NCBI GenBank assembly: GCA_040767085.1
Contig: JAXGPF010000005.1
Coordinates: forward strand, 96,001-160,000
DNA: 64,000 nucleotides
Reading direction: 5' to 3'
DNA from: Kiritimatiellia bacterium
GTDB lineage: Bacteria > Verrucomicrobiota > Kiritimatiellia > JAAZAB01
Shown: positions 9,790 through 19,241 of the stretch, one piece after another
Position numbering within the stretch: the stretch's first letter is position 1
Layout: each line of letters starts with the position of its first letter
Notes under the pieces: generated by a model
The model's database searches: none
Told to the model about the DNA's origin: nothing
What the model saw: only the letters and a program-made list of their open reading frames with translations
Translations under genes and position numbers: made by a program

Positions 9790-9825
9790 AAAGGATTCCG
9801 GGCGCATGCCCGGAATCCTTTTTTA
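9790..9825 (+). terminator. Rho-independent terminator/attenuator after the twin genes
   Basis: AAAGGATTCCGGGC-gcat-GCCCGGAATCCTTT perfect stem followed by T run. Confidence 0.85.
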
Positions 9826-9849
9826 TTGCGCCGCTCCGAATCGCCAGTC

Positions 9850-10602
9850 ATGAAGATCCGGACTTATTTATCCCTGGCGGCCGCCGCGCTGGCGCAGGCC
9901 GCCCTGGCCGGGGAGCCGACCCTGGCGGAACAGGTCTGCCGCAGCTACACCAACATCCAGACCGTCTCCTGCCTGGCGCGCAAGACCACGGCGCTCCGTG
10001 AACAGACGGCGCATATGCTCAGCCGGGTATATTACCAGCGCCCCGACCGCCTGCATGTCGAAAACATCGTGCCGTTGCGGCGGCGCATCATCGCCGATGG
10101 CGCCCGCTTTTACCTGGCGCAGGATGGCTGGCGCAAGGGCTATTCCGTGCCCCTCGCCGAATTGGACGGCGAGTGGAAAATCATGCAGCAGGCCATTCCC
10201 GGCACGGCCATGGAACACCTCCTGCGGCTGCAAGGCGTCGCAGAGGATGTTTTGGACAGGCAGCCGGAGCTGCCCGTGCGCCGCGGTTATCAAAAGGATA
10301 ACCTCTACGTCGTGCTCGCCGCCGACGCGCAGCAACGCCTGGCGCGCATTGAATTTTACACAAATTCCGATCTGGCCGAGCGCACCGCGCTGTACCTGTT
10401 CGACGATTTTCTGCACGTCACGAACGACTGCTGGCTGGCCGCGCGGCAGCGCGCGGAATTGCGCCTCCAGGGCGATGACATCAAGGAAACCCGCCGCTTC
10501 GATAATCTGCAAGTCAATCAACCCCTGGCCGCCGGATTGTTCGACCCGGACGCCTTTTTCAAAGGTCTCGATTTTGTCCCGGATTTTTCCGCCGCCCCCT
10601 GA
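9850..10602 (+). CDS. Periplasmic LolA-fold (lipoprotein-sorting-like) protein
   Basis: Signal peptide; VYYQRPDRLHVE, IIADGARFY, FDNLQVNQPLAAGLF are LolA-superfamily-like segments. Confidence 0.65.
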   Translation: MKIRTYLSLAAAALAQAALAGEPTLAEQVCRSYTNIQTVSCLARKTTALREQTAHMLSRVYYQRPDRLHVENIVPLRRRIIADGARFYLAQDGWRKGYSVPLAELDGEWKIMQQAIPGTAMEHLLRLQGVAEDVLDRQPELPVRRGYQKDNLYVVLAADAQQRLARIEFYTNSDLAERTALYLFDDFLHVTNDCWLAARQRAELRLQGDDIKETRRFDNLQVNQPLAAGLFDPDAFFKGLDFVPDFSAAP

Positions 10603-10660
10603 ATGATGCCGCCGGCCTAAAGCAAGATTTTAGTAAGGGAGCCAGCCAACCGCGAAAACC

Positions 10661-11488
10661 ATGGCCACTTTCCGACCTGTGTTGTTCTGTCTTTTTTTAA
10701 CCGGCGGCGCCGCCGCCGCGGAAATCGCGCTGGTCCGCGATCTGTACGGCGAACGCCAGTGGCTGGCCTGCCAAACCGAGGCCCGGCGCATCCTCGCAGA
10801 GCAGCCGCGCGATTTCGAAGCGCTGCTCTACCGCGCCCGCGCCGATGCCCGGCTCGGCCGGGAAAACGCCCTGCCGGAGTTGGAAGCCCTGGCGGCGAAT
10901 CCCAACGCGCCCGAGGCGGTGCGCGCTCCGGCCCGCTATGAAGCCGCCCTGCAATTATGGCGCCAGGGACAACGCGCCGCCGCCGCCAACAACTTGCGCG
11001 AGGTTTTTCTGCTGACTGCCGATCGCCAGCTTTTCCTGGAGTCCGGCTGCGCCCTGACCCTGGTTTTGCGCGAGCAGCCCATGCCGTGGCGCGACATGGA
11101 AACCATCAATGCCCAATTGCAGACCGCGGCGCCGCAATGGACGCCGGACCTGATTCAATCGGTGCGCCGTGAATGGGCGCCGGCGCCGGATAGCGGCAGG
11201 GCGGGACGTAGCTTGATCGCTTTCTACCGCTCGCAAATCCGGCCGGCCATCGGCGACCGCTGCCTGTTGCAGCCTTCCTGCTCGGAATACTCGCGCCAGG
11301 CCTTTAAAAAACACGGTATGCTAGCCGGCGTCGCGATGACCGCCGACCGGTTTGTCCGGGAGCCGGGCGTGGTCGCCGCGGCCGCCGTACCGGTGGTATG
11401 CCGCGGCCGTGTGTATTACGGCGACCCGCTACGCGATCACGACTGGTGGTTTGACCGGCAGCCGGACGATAACCAGGAAAACCAGTAA
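10661..11488 (+). CDS. Signal peptide + TPR-like helical region + C-terminal YidD (membrane insertion efficiency factor)-like domain
   Basis: FYRSQIRPAIGDRCLLQPSCSEYSRQAFKKHG...ADR matches the YidD pattern (Y..ISP...CRF.PTCS.Y...A...HG). Confidence 0.75.
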   Translation: MATFRPVLFCLFLTGGAAAAEIALVRDLYGERQWLACQTEARRILAEQPRDFEALLYRARADARLGRENALPELEALAANPNAPEAVRAPARYEAALQLWRQGQRAAAANNLREVFLLTADRQLFLESGCALTLVLREQPMPWRDMETINAQLQTAAPQWTPDLIQSVRREWAPAPDSGRAGRSLIAFYRSQIRPAIGDRCLLQPSCSEYSRQAFKKHGMLAGVAMTADRFVREPGVVAAAAVPVVCRGRVYYGDPLRDHDWWFDRQPDDNQENQ

Positions 11489-11490
11489 TT

Positions 11491-12360
11491 ATGCGCTCTT
11501 GGTGTAAAAATCTGTTCGCCTGCCTTGCAGTTATGGGCCTGCCCGCCCTGGCAACAGAGGCGCCGCCGCTCCGCCTGGCTTGCGAGCTGGCGGAGGAAGG
11601 CGACCACGCCGCCGCCGCGCTCGAATTCCGACGGCTGGCACTGGCCGCGGAACGGCCGGCCGACTGCGGCGGATTGGCCTGGGCGGCGGCCTATGAATAC
11701 GGCCGCGCCGACGCCTGGCCGACGGCGGAAAAGATGCTGGACTGCGCTGAAAACGCCGATCCATCCCTGGAATTGCCGGCCCTCCTCCTGCGCGCGGAAA
11801 GCGCCGCTGCCCAGCTTCAGCCGGAAGCGGCGGACTTTTACTTCCAGGCGGCGCGAGGCAACCGCGCTGCTCCCGATGACCTCCGGCGCTACGCCGCGCG
11901 CCGGTCGGCCGCCCTGCTGGCCGGCATGCAGCAGACCGACGCCGCCCAGGCGGCGCTGGCCGGCGCGCCGGGCGAGCACACCGAAGCCCGGCAGGCGCTG
12001 GAGGAATACGCGGCCGGCCGTGACAAAAAGCCGCTGCTGGGCGGCTTCCTGGGCATCATCCCCGGCCTGGGCTATGCCTATGCCGGTGAATATGCCAATG
12101 CCGCCCGCTCGCTGATCCTCAACGGCCTGTTCATCTTCGGCATGGTCAACACCGCCCAGCATGACGAGTGGGGCGCCTTCGCCGTCATCACCTTTTTTGA
12201 ATTCACGTGGTATTCCGGCAGCATTTACGGGGGGTTGGACGCCACCCACCGGTATAACCGCCAGCGCCTCGAAGCCTGCCAGGACCGGATTATCGGCGGC
12301 GCGGGGTTCAAGCCGGACTGGCAACGCCTGCCGCTGGTTATCCTGCAATTCGAGTTCTAA
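11491..12360 (+). CDS. TPR-like protein with TM2/DUF5683-like hydrophobic hairpin
   Basis: Signal peptide, helical repeats, KKPLLGGFLGIIPGLGYAYAG..WYSGSIYGG, C-terminus LVILQFEF. Confidence 0.7.
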   Translation: MRSWCKNLFACLAVMGLPALATEAPPLRLACELAEEGDHAAAALEFRRLALAAERPADCGGLAWAAAYEYGRADAWPTAEKMLDCAENADPSLELPALLLRAESAAAQLQPEAADFYFQAARGNRAAPDDLRRYAARRSAALLAGMQQTDAAQAALAGAPGEHTEARQALEEYAAGRDKKPLLGGFLGIIPGLGYAYAGEYANAARSLILNGLFIFGMVNTAQHDEWGAFAVITFFEFTWYSGSIYGGLDATHRYNRQRLEACQDRIIGGAGFKPDWQRLPLVILQFEF

Positions 12361-12365
12361 GCACC

Positions 12366-13412
12366 ATGCCCCATACTCCCAAAATCCTGATCGGCGCCCT
12401 CGTGGCGATCGTCATCCTGATCGTAGCCGCATTGGCCGGGCGTTATTTTTATCAGGGGCACAGGGCTCTTGCCCGCCGGCCGCTGTCCCTGCCCATCCTG
12501 ATGTACCATGATTTGAGCCCCGCCGGCGATCCCGCGACCGCCGCGGATGTCTGGACCGTGCAAGCCGACAACTTCGAAAAACATCTGCAATCCCTCAAGG
12601 CCCAGGGTTACGCCAGCGTACTGCCGGCCGACCTGGCCGCGGCCGCGCGCGGACGGGCAAATCTGCCTCCCCGGCCGGTTGTGATTACCTTTGACGACGG
12701 CTTCCTCAGCAGCGTGACCCTGGCCGAGCCATTGCTGCGGCAATACGGATTCCAGGCCATGGTTTATCTCATTACCGCCAAAATCGCCGACACGCCGGAA
12801 CAGCGCCAAAAATACCGCGGCGCGCCGTGCCTGGTCTGGCCGGAAGTCCGCGCCGCCATGCGGCGCGGCACCCTGGCTTTCGGCGTCCACTCTCATACGC
12901 ACCCCAAACATCCGGATGCCGTGGCCGCGGAAATCACCGTCAGCCGGGACTGGTTCCGCGCCCGCACCGGCGTCCGCCCCGACTCCTTTTGCTATCCGCA
13001 TGGCCAGGTCAATCCGGATCTGGAGCGCGCCGTGCGGGCCGCCGGCTATACCACGGCCATGATCTGCGAAGATGAAGCAGCTATGCTGGGCCGAGATGCC
13101 AACCTGCTGGCCCTGCCGCGGGTGTCGGTCTTCGGCGGCGCGCAGCATTTTACGGTGGAGGTGTTGCCGCGCGATCAAACCGGGCCGCATTGCGTGGGCG
13201 GCTTGGTGCGCAACCTCGGCCGGCCGGTCCGGGTGGCGCCGCGCCTGCTGGGCACGGGCATGCCGGCAGCGCAGGCATGGCTGCCCGAAACCCGCCTGGG
13301 GCCCGAAGCCCAGGACTGGCGCTGGCCGGTGGTGCCCGGCACGGATTTAAAAACATTACGCCTGGAAATCTGGGATCGTAACCGCATCCTGCTGCTTTAT
13401 GCCGCGCCTTGA
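12366..13412 (+). CDS. Polysaccharide deacetylase (CE4/NodB), membrane anchored
   Basis: PILMYH, VITFDDG, HSHTH, FCYPHG. Confidence 0.9.
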   Translation: MPHTPKILIGALVAIVILIVAALAGRYFYQGHRALARRPLSLPILMYHDLSPAGDPATAADVWTVQADNFEKHLQSLKAQGYASVLPADLAAAARGRANLPPRPVVITFDDGFLSSVTLAEPLLRQYGFQAMVYLITAKIADTPEQRQKYRGAPCLVWPEVRAAMRRGTLAFGVHSHTHPKHPDAVAAEITVSRDWFRARTGVRPDSFCYPHGQVNPDLERAVRAAGYTTAMICEDEAAMLGRDANLLALPRVSVFGGAQHFTVEVLPRDQTGPHCVGGLVRNLGRPVRVAPRLLGTGMPAAQAWLPETRLGPEAQDWRWPVVPGTDLKTLRLEIWDRNRILLLYAAP

Positions 13413-13435
13413 ATTACGCCTGAAACCCATAGACC

Positions 13436-16400
13436 ATGCCAACCCCATCCAACCCCCAATCCGTTGCCGGCAACCGGCGCTATTTGGCCAGGTGGCTGCT
13501 GGCCGGCATCGTGCTGGCAGCCGCTTTCCTGCGCTATGGCGGTTTCGACCGGCCGGCGGAAATGCATCCCGATCAACCGCGCATCCTGAGTTGGATGGAA
13601 CGCACGGAACAAGACGGTTACCTGAAAAACACGGTGTATCCCGGCGGGTTCTTTACATTGTTCAACCAATTCCGCCGGGCGGTTTCACCCGTCCTGAACC
13701 TGCAACAGCATTGGCGTTACCAGTTGAACGAAATTGACCGGGTTACGCCGCCGCGCGACCTGCATTTGTCGCTGGGAAGGCATTTCAACGTCTGGCTGGC
13801 CGCGGCTACCTGTGCCCTGATCTACCTGATGGCAGCCGGCATCGCCAGGTCGTGGTGGGCCGGCCTGTATGCGGCGGCGCTTTTTTGCCTGGCGCCCGAA
13901 CACATTATCCATGCGCATTATGTCCAGACCGATATCGCCATGGTTTTTACACTGACACTGGCTTTGTGGCTGTGGGCTTGTTTTGCCGGACGCCGCGCAT
14001 TATGGCTGTTTGCCGCCGCCGCCCTGGCGTCCGGATTTGCCGCCGGCACCAAGTACACCTTGCTGTGCCTGGCCCCGCTGGGCTGGATTTTCAGCTTCTA
14101 TGCGCCGTCGTCCCGCGCTCCCGGCGCGCCAGCCGCCGGCGCCAAACCTCAAGCATGGCGGCGCATCATCGTCCGCATGATCCTGGCCACGGTTTTGTTC
14201 GCGGCCGGGTTCAGCCTGGCCACGCCGGAAATTTTGGATTGGCATGCCTTCCAGGAAGGCTTGCGCTACCAGAATATGCGGGTATATGGCGAAGGCGCGA
14301 CTATTTTGAACCAGGCGCGCGGCGAGCCGTTGATTGCGCTGCGGAGTCATTGCCGGCAATGGTGCGCCGCCGCCACCGTCCTGGGTTGGGGCAGCCTGCT
14401 CTCCGCCGCCGCGGGTTTATGGTTGGCCGGCACATTTGCTTACCGCCGGTATTGGCCGGTCTTGCTCGGGTTTCCCTTGTGCTACCTGTATTATTACCTG
14501 TTCCGGGCGCCCTGGGTCCGCGGCCAGGAATTCATGAATTTCTTCCCAGCCTGGGCCGTGCTGGCCGGGCTGTTGCCCCTGTATTTGTGGCGGCGGTGGC
14601 AACATCCCGCCGGCCGGCGGCTGGGCCGGGCGGCGGCGCTGATTTTGATTCTGGCGACTTTCCTGCCGCTCTTCCAAAACGGACTGATCGCAGCCTCCGC
14701 GTTCAAATGGAAAGACACCCGCTACCTGGCCAACCGCTGGCTGCAACGCCATTTGCCGGCCAATTACCGCCTGGGCCTGGAACGTTATACCGATCCGGCG
14801 CAAGTGGGCGTGGGACAGGGCGCGGCATTCATTCATAAAATTGAAACCGCGAGCCGGGACTTGCTGGAAAACCGGAAGTATGACGCCATCCTCCGCAATC
14901 CCTCATCCGATGGACGCGGCCTGCGCCACCCGGTGACCGGGCGCCGCTACTCAAAATACCAAACCGCATTCGATGGCTTTACCAACCGCGCCGTCTGCCT
15001 GCGCGCATGGAGCGTCCTCCCGCCGAACCGCTTTGCCTCGCCCTTCACATCGCCGGACCTGGAACTCTGGCTCTATCGGCCTGCTGCCCCGGAACTGGAA
15101 TTGCAGTTGCCGCTGGCCCAACCCGGTTATATCAGCCACGACGGCCGGGAAACTTATTGTCGTGCCGGCCATGAATCCGGCAGCGCGGATTTGCTGTTGA
15201 TTGACCGGTATCCGCGGGAGTGCGCTTTCGCCGGGCCCGCGGAATTGCCGCGCCCGGTTTACGCGCTGGTCAATACGCTGGAACGGCCGGCGGAATTTTA
15301 CCTGCGCGGCTTTGGCCGCCGTTTTAAACAACGATTGCCGCCCTATCAAGCTGCGGCCATCCCGCTCCAGCGTCCCTGGTGGCGGCCGCGCCTGGACGGT
15401 TTTGAAAGGCTGGCCGCCGCCACCCGTCCGGAGCCGCACATTGAATATATTCCTTGCCTGCTGCGCGCCGCTTTTGACGCGCCGGCAGCCGCCGCCCTGC
15501 TCCAGCAAATGGGGCACCCCGGCCAGGCGCTCGCTCTGCTGCAAAGCGATCCTGACCGGGAATCACTCAGCCCGGCCCTGGTCTATCCCCTGGCAGTGGC
15601 TAATGCACAGTGGGACCTGGCCGCCCAGTGGGAGCCGTGCGCGGCGGAACTGCGCGCGCGGCTGCAACAGGCATTAGCCCTGTCCCCGGAGTCCATCAGC
15701 GTCAATGGGATCAACGGCTGGCATTACAATCAATGCGCGCGCATCCGCCTGACACCCGGCAATGGCTGCAGCAAATTGGAACTCGCTCCCGACCGGATTG
15801 GCAGTCCGGAAACTTTGCCCGGCCTTCCGCCCGGCGCCACGCTGGATTTATCCGCGCGCCTGGCGCGCGGGATTTATACCGTTGCCATGAACTTGCGCGC
15901 CATGCCGGAACACGGCGCGGGTAGTTTCGCCGTGTATGACAGCCAGGGGCGCAAACTCGCCGAAGGCCCCTGGCAGGATGTCCCGGACGACTTAATCGCC
16001 GTCGAATTTACCCTGGCGGTCGGACGTGAATCCGACGCCTGGCTGCATTTCACATCCACCATTCCCGCCGTCCTGGAATACCGGGACCTGGAAATCCGCT
16101 GGGATATGCATGACCAAATCCGGGCGGTTTATAATGCCTTGACCGCGGCCCTGGCCCAAAACCAACTGCATGCCGGCCAGGCCGGCCAGGCCCTGGCGTT
16201 GCTGGCGGAAGCCGCGCCGCCATGCTGGAACGATTTGGAATTCAAACGTCTTGAATTGGCGGCGCTGCAGGCGGACGCCGTCGCGCCGGAACGCCTCGCC
16301 CAGGCTGCGCGCCGGATTTTGCAGGCCGCGCCAGATTATTACCCGGCTTTAAACATCATCCAGCCTGAGACCGCCGCGCGGCGGCCGGCCAACCTGCCCC

Positions 16401-16810
16401 ACCCCGTCCTTTTCCCGCCGTTTCTGGCGCTGGTCGGCGTGCGCGCGGGCCAGGCGGAAGGCGGCGCGATTGAATTGATTTTCGAGGCCAGGGACGATGG
16501 CATGCCATCCCTGGCCGCCGCGTCTCATCACCGCCGGGGCCGGCGCGGCTGGCGCAAAGACGCCTGCCGGCCCATCGGGCCGGAATGCCGCCGCCTGACC
16601 CGCGGCGAACGCGTGTCCGTCCGCTTCGATCAGGAAAAACAAATGGCGGATGGCCGGGCCCTTTCGGATATCGGCATTTCAATTCAGGCCAATGTGCGGT
16701 GGTCGCCGGGCACGCTGAAGCCGGCGGGCCGGTCTGGGCCGGTAATTGCCGTCAGCGAATTGGTTCAACTGCTGAATCCTGAAAACATCAACGATAAAGC
16801 CTGCCCATGA
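13436..16810 (+). CDS. GT-C superfamily glycosyltransferase (PMT/ArnT-like) with large C-terminal extracytoplasmic region
   Basis: MHPDQ loop after TM1, YP motif, AHYVQTD, GTKY, multiple TM helices in the first ~420 aa. Confidence 0.75.
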   Translation: MPTPSNPQSVAGNRRYLARWLLAGIVLAAAFLRYGGFDRPAEMHPDQPRILSWMERTEQDGYLKNTVYPGGFFTLFNQFRRAVSPVLNLQQHWRYQLNEIDRVTPPRDLHLSLGRHFNVWLAAATCALIYLMAAGIARSWWAGLYAAALFCLAPEHIIHAHYVQTDIAMVFTLTLALWLWACFAGRRALWLFAAAALASGFAAGTKYTLLCLAPLGWIFSFYAPSSRAPGAPAAGAKPQAWRRIIVRMILATVLFAAGFSLATPEILDWHAFQEGLRYQNMRVYGEGATILNQARGEPLIALRSHCRQWCAAATVLGWGSLLSAAAGLWLAGTFAYRRYWPVLLGFPLCYLYYYLFRAPWVRGQEFMNFFPAWAVLAGLLPLYLWRRWQHPAGRRLGRAAALILILATFLPLFQNGLIAASAFKWKDTRYLANRWLQRHLPANYRLGLERYTDPAQVGVGQGAAFIHKIETASRDLLENRKYDAILRNPSSDGRGLRHPVTGRRYSKYQTAFDGFTNRAVCLRAWSVLPPNRFASPFTSPDLELWLYRPAAPELELQLPLAQPGYISHDGRETYCRAGHESGSADLLLIDRYPRECAFAGPAELPRPVYALVNTLERPAEFYLRGFGRRFKQRLPPYQAAAIPLQRPWWRPRLDGFERLAAATRPEPHIEYIPCLLRAAFDAPAAAALLQQMGHPGQALALLQSDPDRESLSPALVYPLAVANAQWDLAAQWEPCAAELRARLQQALALSPESISVNGINGWHYNQCARIRLTPGNGCSKLELAPDRIGSPETLPGLPPGATLDLSARLARGIYTVAMNLRAMPEHGAGSFAVYDSQGRKLAEGPWQDVPDDLIAVEFTLAVGRESDAWLHFTSTIPAVLEYRDLEIRWDMHDQIRAVYNALTAALAQNQLHAGQAGQALALLAEAAPPCWNDLEFKRLELAALQADAVAPERLAQAARRILQAAPDYYPALNIIQPETAARRPANLPHPVLFPPFLALVGVRAGQAEGGAIELIFEARDDGMPSLAAASHHRRGRRGWRKDACRPIGPECRRLTRGERVSVRFDQEKQMADGRALSDIGISIQANVRWSPGTLKPAGRSGPVIAVSELVQLLNPENINDKACP

Positions 16811-17946
16811 CTTACCGCCTGCCATTCGCCGAACGCAAAACCTCCTGGCGCGGATTGCTGGACCTTGGCGCCGGCTGTTATCCTGCCTTCCTCTTCGGCG
16901 GCCCGATCGGCCGCCAAATGCTGCCGGTGTTTCACTTCCACGACGTCACCCCGGAATACCTTGAGCCTTACCTGCGCTACCTGGCCGAAAATCAATACCG
17001 CACCGTGGTTTCCAGCGATATTCACCGCCTGGCGGCCGCCGGCGTTCATCCCGGCCCGCGCGCGGTGGCGCTTTGTTTCGACGACGCCTGGGCCAGTGTC
17101 TGGACCGTGGTCTGCCCCATGCTGCGCCGGTATAATCTGACCGCCATAACTTACGCCATCCCCGCACGCGTGCCGGATGCCGCCGCGCCGCGTCCGCTGG
17201 CTGCTGAGCCATCGGCGTCCGCCGGCGGTCCCCCGCATGCCACCTGGCCGGAATTACGGGCGTTGCAGGCATCCGGAGTGGTGGATGTGCAGGCCCATAC
17301 CCTGGCGCATGCCATGATTTTCTGCGATGACCGCCCATTGGGATTTGTGACGCCGGAATATGCGCCGCCGCCGCTGGCCGAACCGCTGTTGAACGACAGC
17401 GCGCTGCCCCGGTTTTTATCCGCCGCGGACCTGGGCGCCCCGATTTATCCTTGCCGGTCGCGCTGTTCCGACGCCCTCAGATTCTTTCCCGACCCCGCCG
17501 GCGTGGCGGCGTGCCGGGCGCACGCCGCGGCCAATGGCGGAGCGGATTACTTCCGCCAGCCGGACTGGGGAAAGCCGCTGCAAGCCATTATGCGCCAGGC
17601 CGGCGGGCGTTGGGAAACCGCGGTAGAAGCCCGGCGCGCCATCGCCCGGGAAGTCGGCGCCGCCCGGGAAATCCTGAACGAGCGCCTCCAGACGGATACA
17701 GTCCGCCACCTGTGCTTTCCCTGGGCCGTGGCCGGCCGGACCGCGGAAGCCGCGGCGCGCCAGGCTGGTTACCTGACAGCCTTCGCCGACCGTTTATGCG
17801 GCAAGCGCGCGGTGCGCGCCGGCGACAATCCTTATCGCCTGATGCGGCTCAAACACCAGTATATTTTTGCCCTTCCCGGGCGGCCCCGCCGGCATTTCTT
17901 CCAACTGCGCCGGAATTGCGCTTCCAGAAAATGCAAAAATCATTGA
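16807..17946 (+). CDS. Polysaccharide deacetylase family protein
   Basis: PVFHFH, LCFDDA, QAHTLAH, LCFPW. Confidence 0.8.
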   Translation: MTYRLPFAERKTSWRGLLDLGAGCYPAFLFGGPIGRQMLPVFHFHDVTPEYLEPYLRYLAENQYRTVVSSDIHRLAAAGVHPGPRAVALCFDDAWASVWTVVCPMLRRYNLTAITYAIPARVPDAAAPRPLAAEPSASAGGPPHATWPELRALQASGVVDVQAHTLAHAMIFCDDRPLGFVTPEYAPPPLAEPLLNDSALPRFLSAADLGAPIYPCRSRCSDALRFFPDPAGVAACRAHAAANGGADYFRQPDWGKPLQAIMRQAGGRWETAVEARRAIAREVGAAREILNERLQTDTVRHLCFPWAVAGRTAEAAARQAGYLTAFADRLCGKRAVRAGDNPYRLMRLKHQYIFALPGRPRRHFFQLRRNCASRKCKNH

Positions 17947-19166
17947 TCCCCAACCTGTCTGCTCCCTTTCCCCGCATCTGCCTGCTGACCGGGAACTTTC
18001 ATCCGGTGGTCGGCGGCGGTGAAAAGCACGCGCTTTCATTGGCCCGGGAATTGATCCGCCAGGGCGCGCGGGTGACGGTGTTGACGCGGCGCCGCAGCCG
18101 CGTGTTGCCGGCGCGGGAAACGGTGCTGGGGATTCCGGTGGTCCGCGTCGGTCCGCCCGGTTTTCCACGGCTGGGCAAGTACCTGATGCTGCCGGCCGTC
18201 CTGCGGCATTTGCGCCGGGAACGCGCCAATTACGATATCATCTATGTCTGCGGACTGCGCGTATTGGGTTGGCCGGGCGCGGCCGCGGCCGGACGGTTGG
18301 ACAAAAAATGCGTGCTGCGCGCGGAAGCCCTGGGCGAGTTGTCGGGTGATTTTATCTGGCGGCGCCATCCCGGCGCGCCCGTCAATCCTCTGCGCCGACG
18401 GCTGTTCCAGCCGCTGATCCGCTGGCGCAACCGCCGGCTGCTGGCGGGCGCGTCGGCCTTCGTCAGCATCAGCGCGCCGGTGCGGGAAGAATTCCTGGCC
18501 TGCGGCGTGCCGCCGGCGCGCATCCATGACATTCCCAATGGCATTGACCCGGAAGAATTCGCGCCGGCCGATGCCGCCCGGCGCCGGGAACTGCGGGCGC
18601 AACTGGGCTTGCCGGCCGACCGGGTCATCTGCGCCTACTCCGGTAAACTCAACCGCGGCAAGGGCTTGCAGTTTCTTGTCCAGCTCTGGCGTGAATTTGC
18701 CGCCGAACGCCCGCAACTCCACCTGCTGCTGATCGGCGGCGGCGGCGGCCAGGCCATTTCCTGCGAGACGGAGCTACGCCGCATGATCTGCTCCGACAAC
18801 CTCGGGGATAAAATCACCATCACCGGCTACACGCAAAACGTGCCTGCCTACCTCCGCGCCGCGGATTATTTCCTTTTCCCATCCGAAAGCGAAACCCTGG
18901 GCCTGGCCCTGCTGGAGGCGCTGGCATGCGAATTGCCGGCAGTCGCCTCGCGCATTCCCGGGATTGCCGATTTCATGCGGGATGGCGTCAACGGCCGACT
19001 GGCAGCGCCGAACGACAGGCAGGAATGGCGGGCGGCCATCGGCGGCTTGCTGGCCGATCCGGCCGGCGCCCGCGTCCTGGGCCGCGCCGGACGTCAAACC
19101 GTCCTGGAACGCTACAGCATCGCGCGCGACGCCGCACGGCACCTGGAATTGTTCCGTATTTGCTGA
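17931..19166 (+). CDS. GT4 family glycosyltransferase
   Basis: GGGE, IPNGID, KG, FPSESETLGLALLEA (EX7E). Confidence 0.9.
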   Translation: MQKSLIPNLSAPFPRICLLTGNFHPVVGGGEKHALSLARELIRQGARVTVLTRRRSRVLPARETVLGIPVVRVGPPGFPRLGKYLMLPAVLRHLRRERANYDIIYVCGLRVLGWPGAAAAGRLDKKCVLRAEALGELSGDFIWRRHPGAPVNPLRRRLFQPLIRWRNRRLLAGASAFVSISAPVREEFLACGVPPARIHDIPNGIDPEEFAPADAARRRELRAQLGLPADRVICAYSGKLNRGKGLQFLVQLWREFAAERPQLHLLLIGGGGGQAISCETELRRMICSDNLGDKITITGYTQNVPAYLRAADYFLFPSESETLGLALLEALACELPAVASRIPGIADFMRDGVNGRLAAPNDRQEWRAAIGGLLADPAGARVLGRAGRQTVLERYSIARDAARHLELFRIC

Positions 19167-19241
19167 TCAAGCCGGTCAACTGCCGCGTTCGTGCAAATCC
19201 GCGCTTGACCGTCTTCCCGGCAAAGCCTAAATTTATTATCC

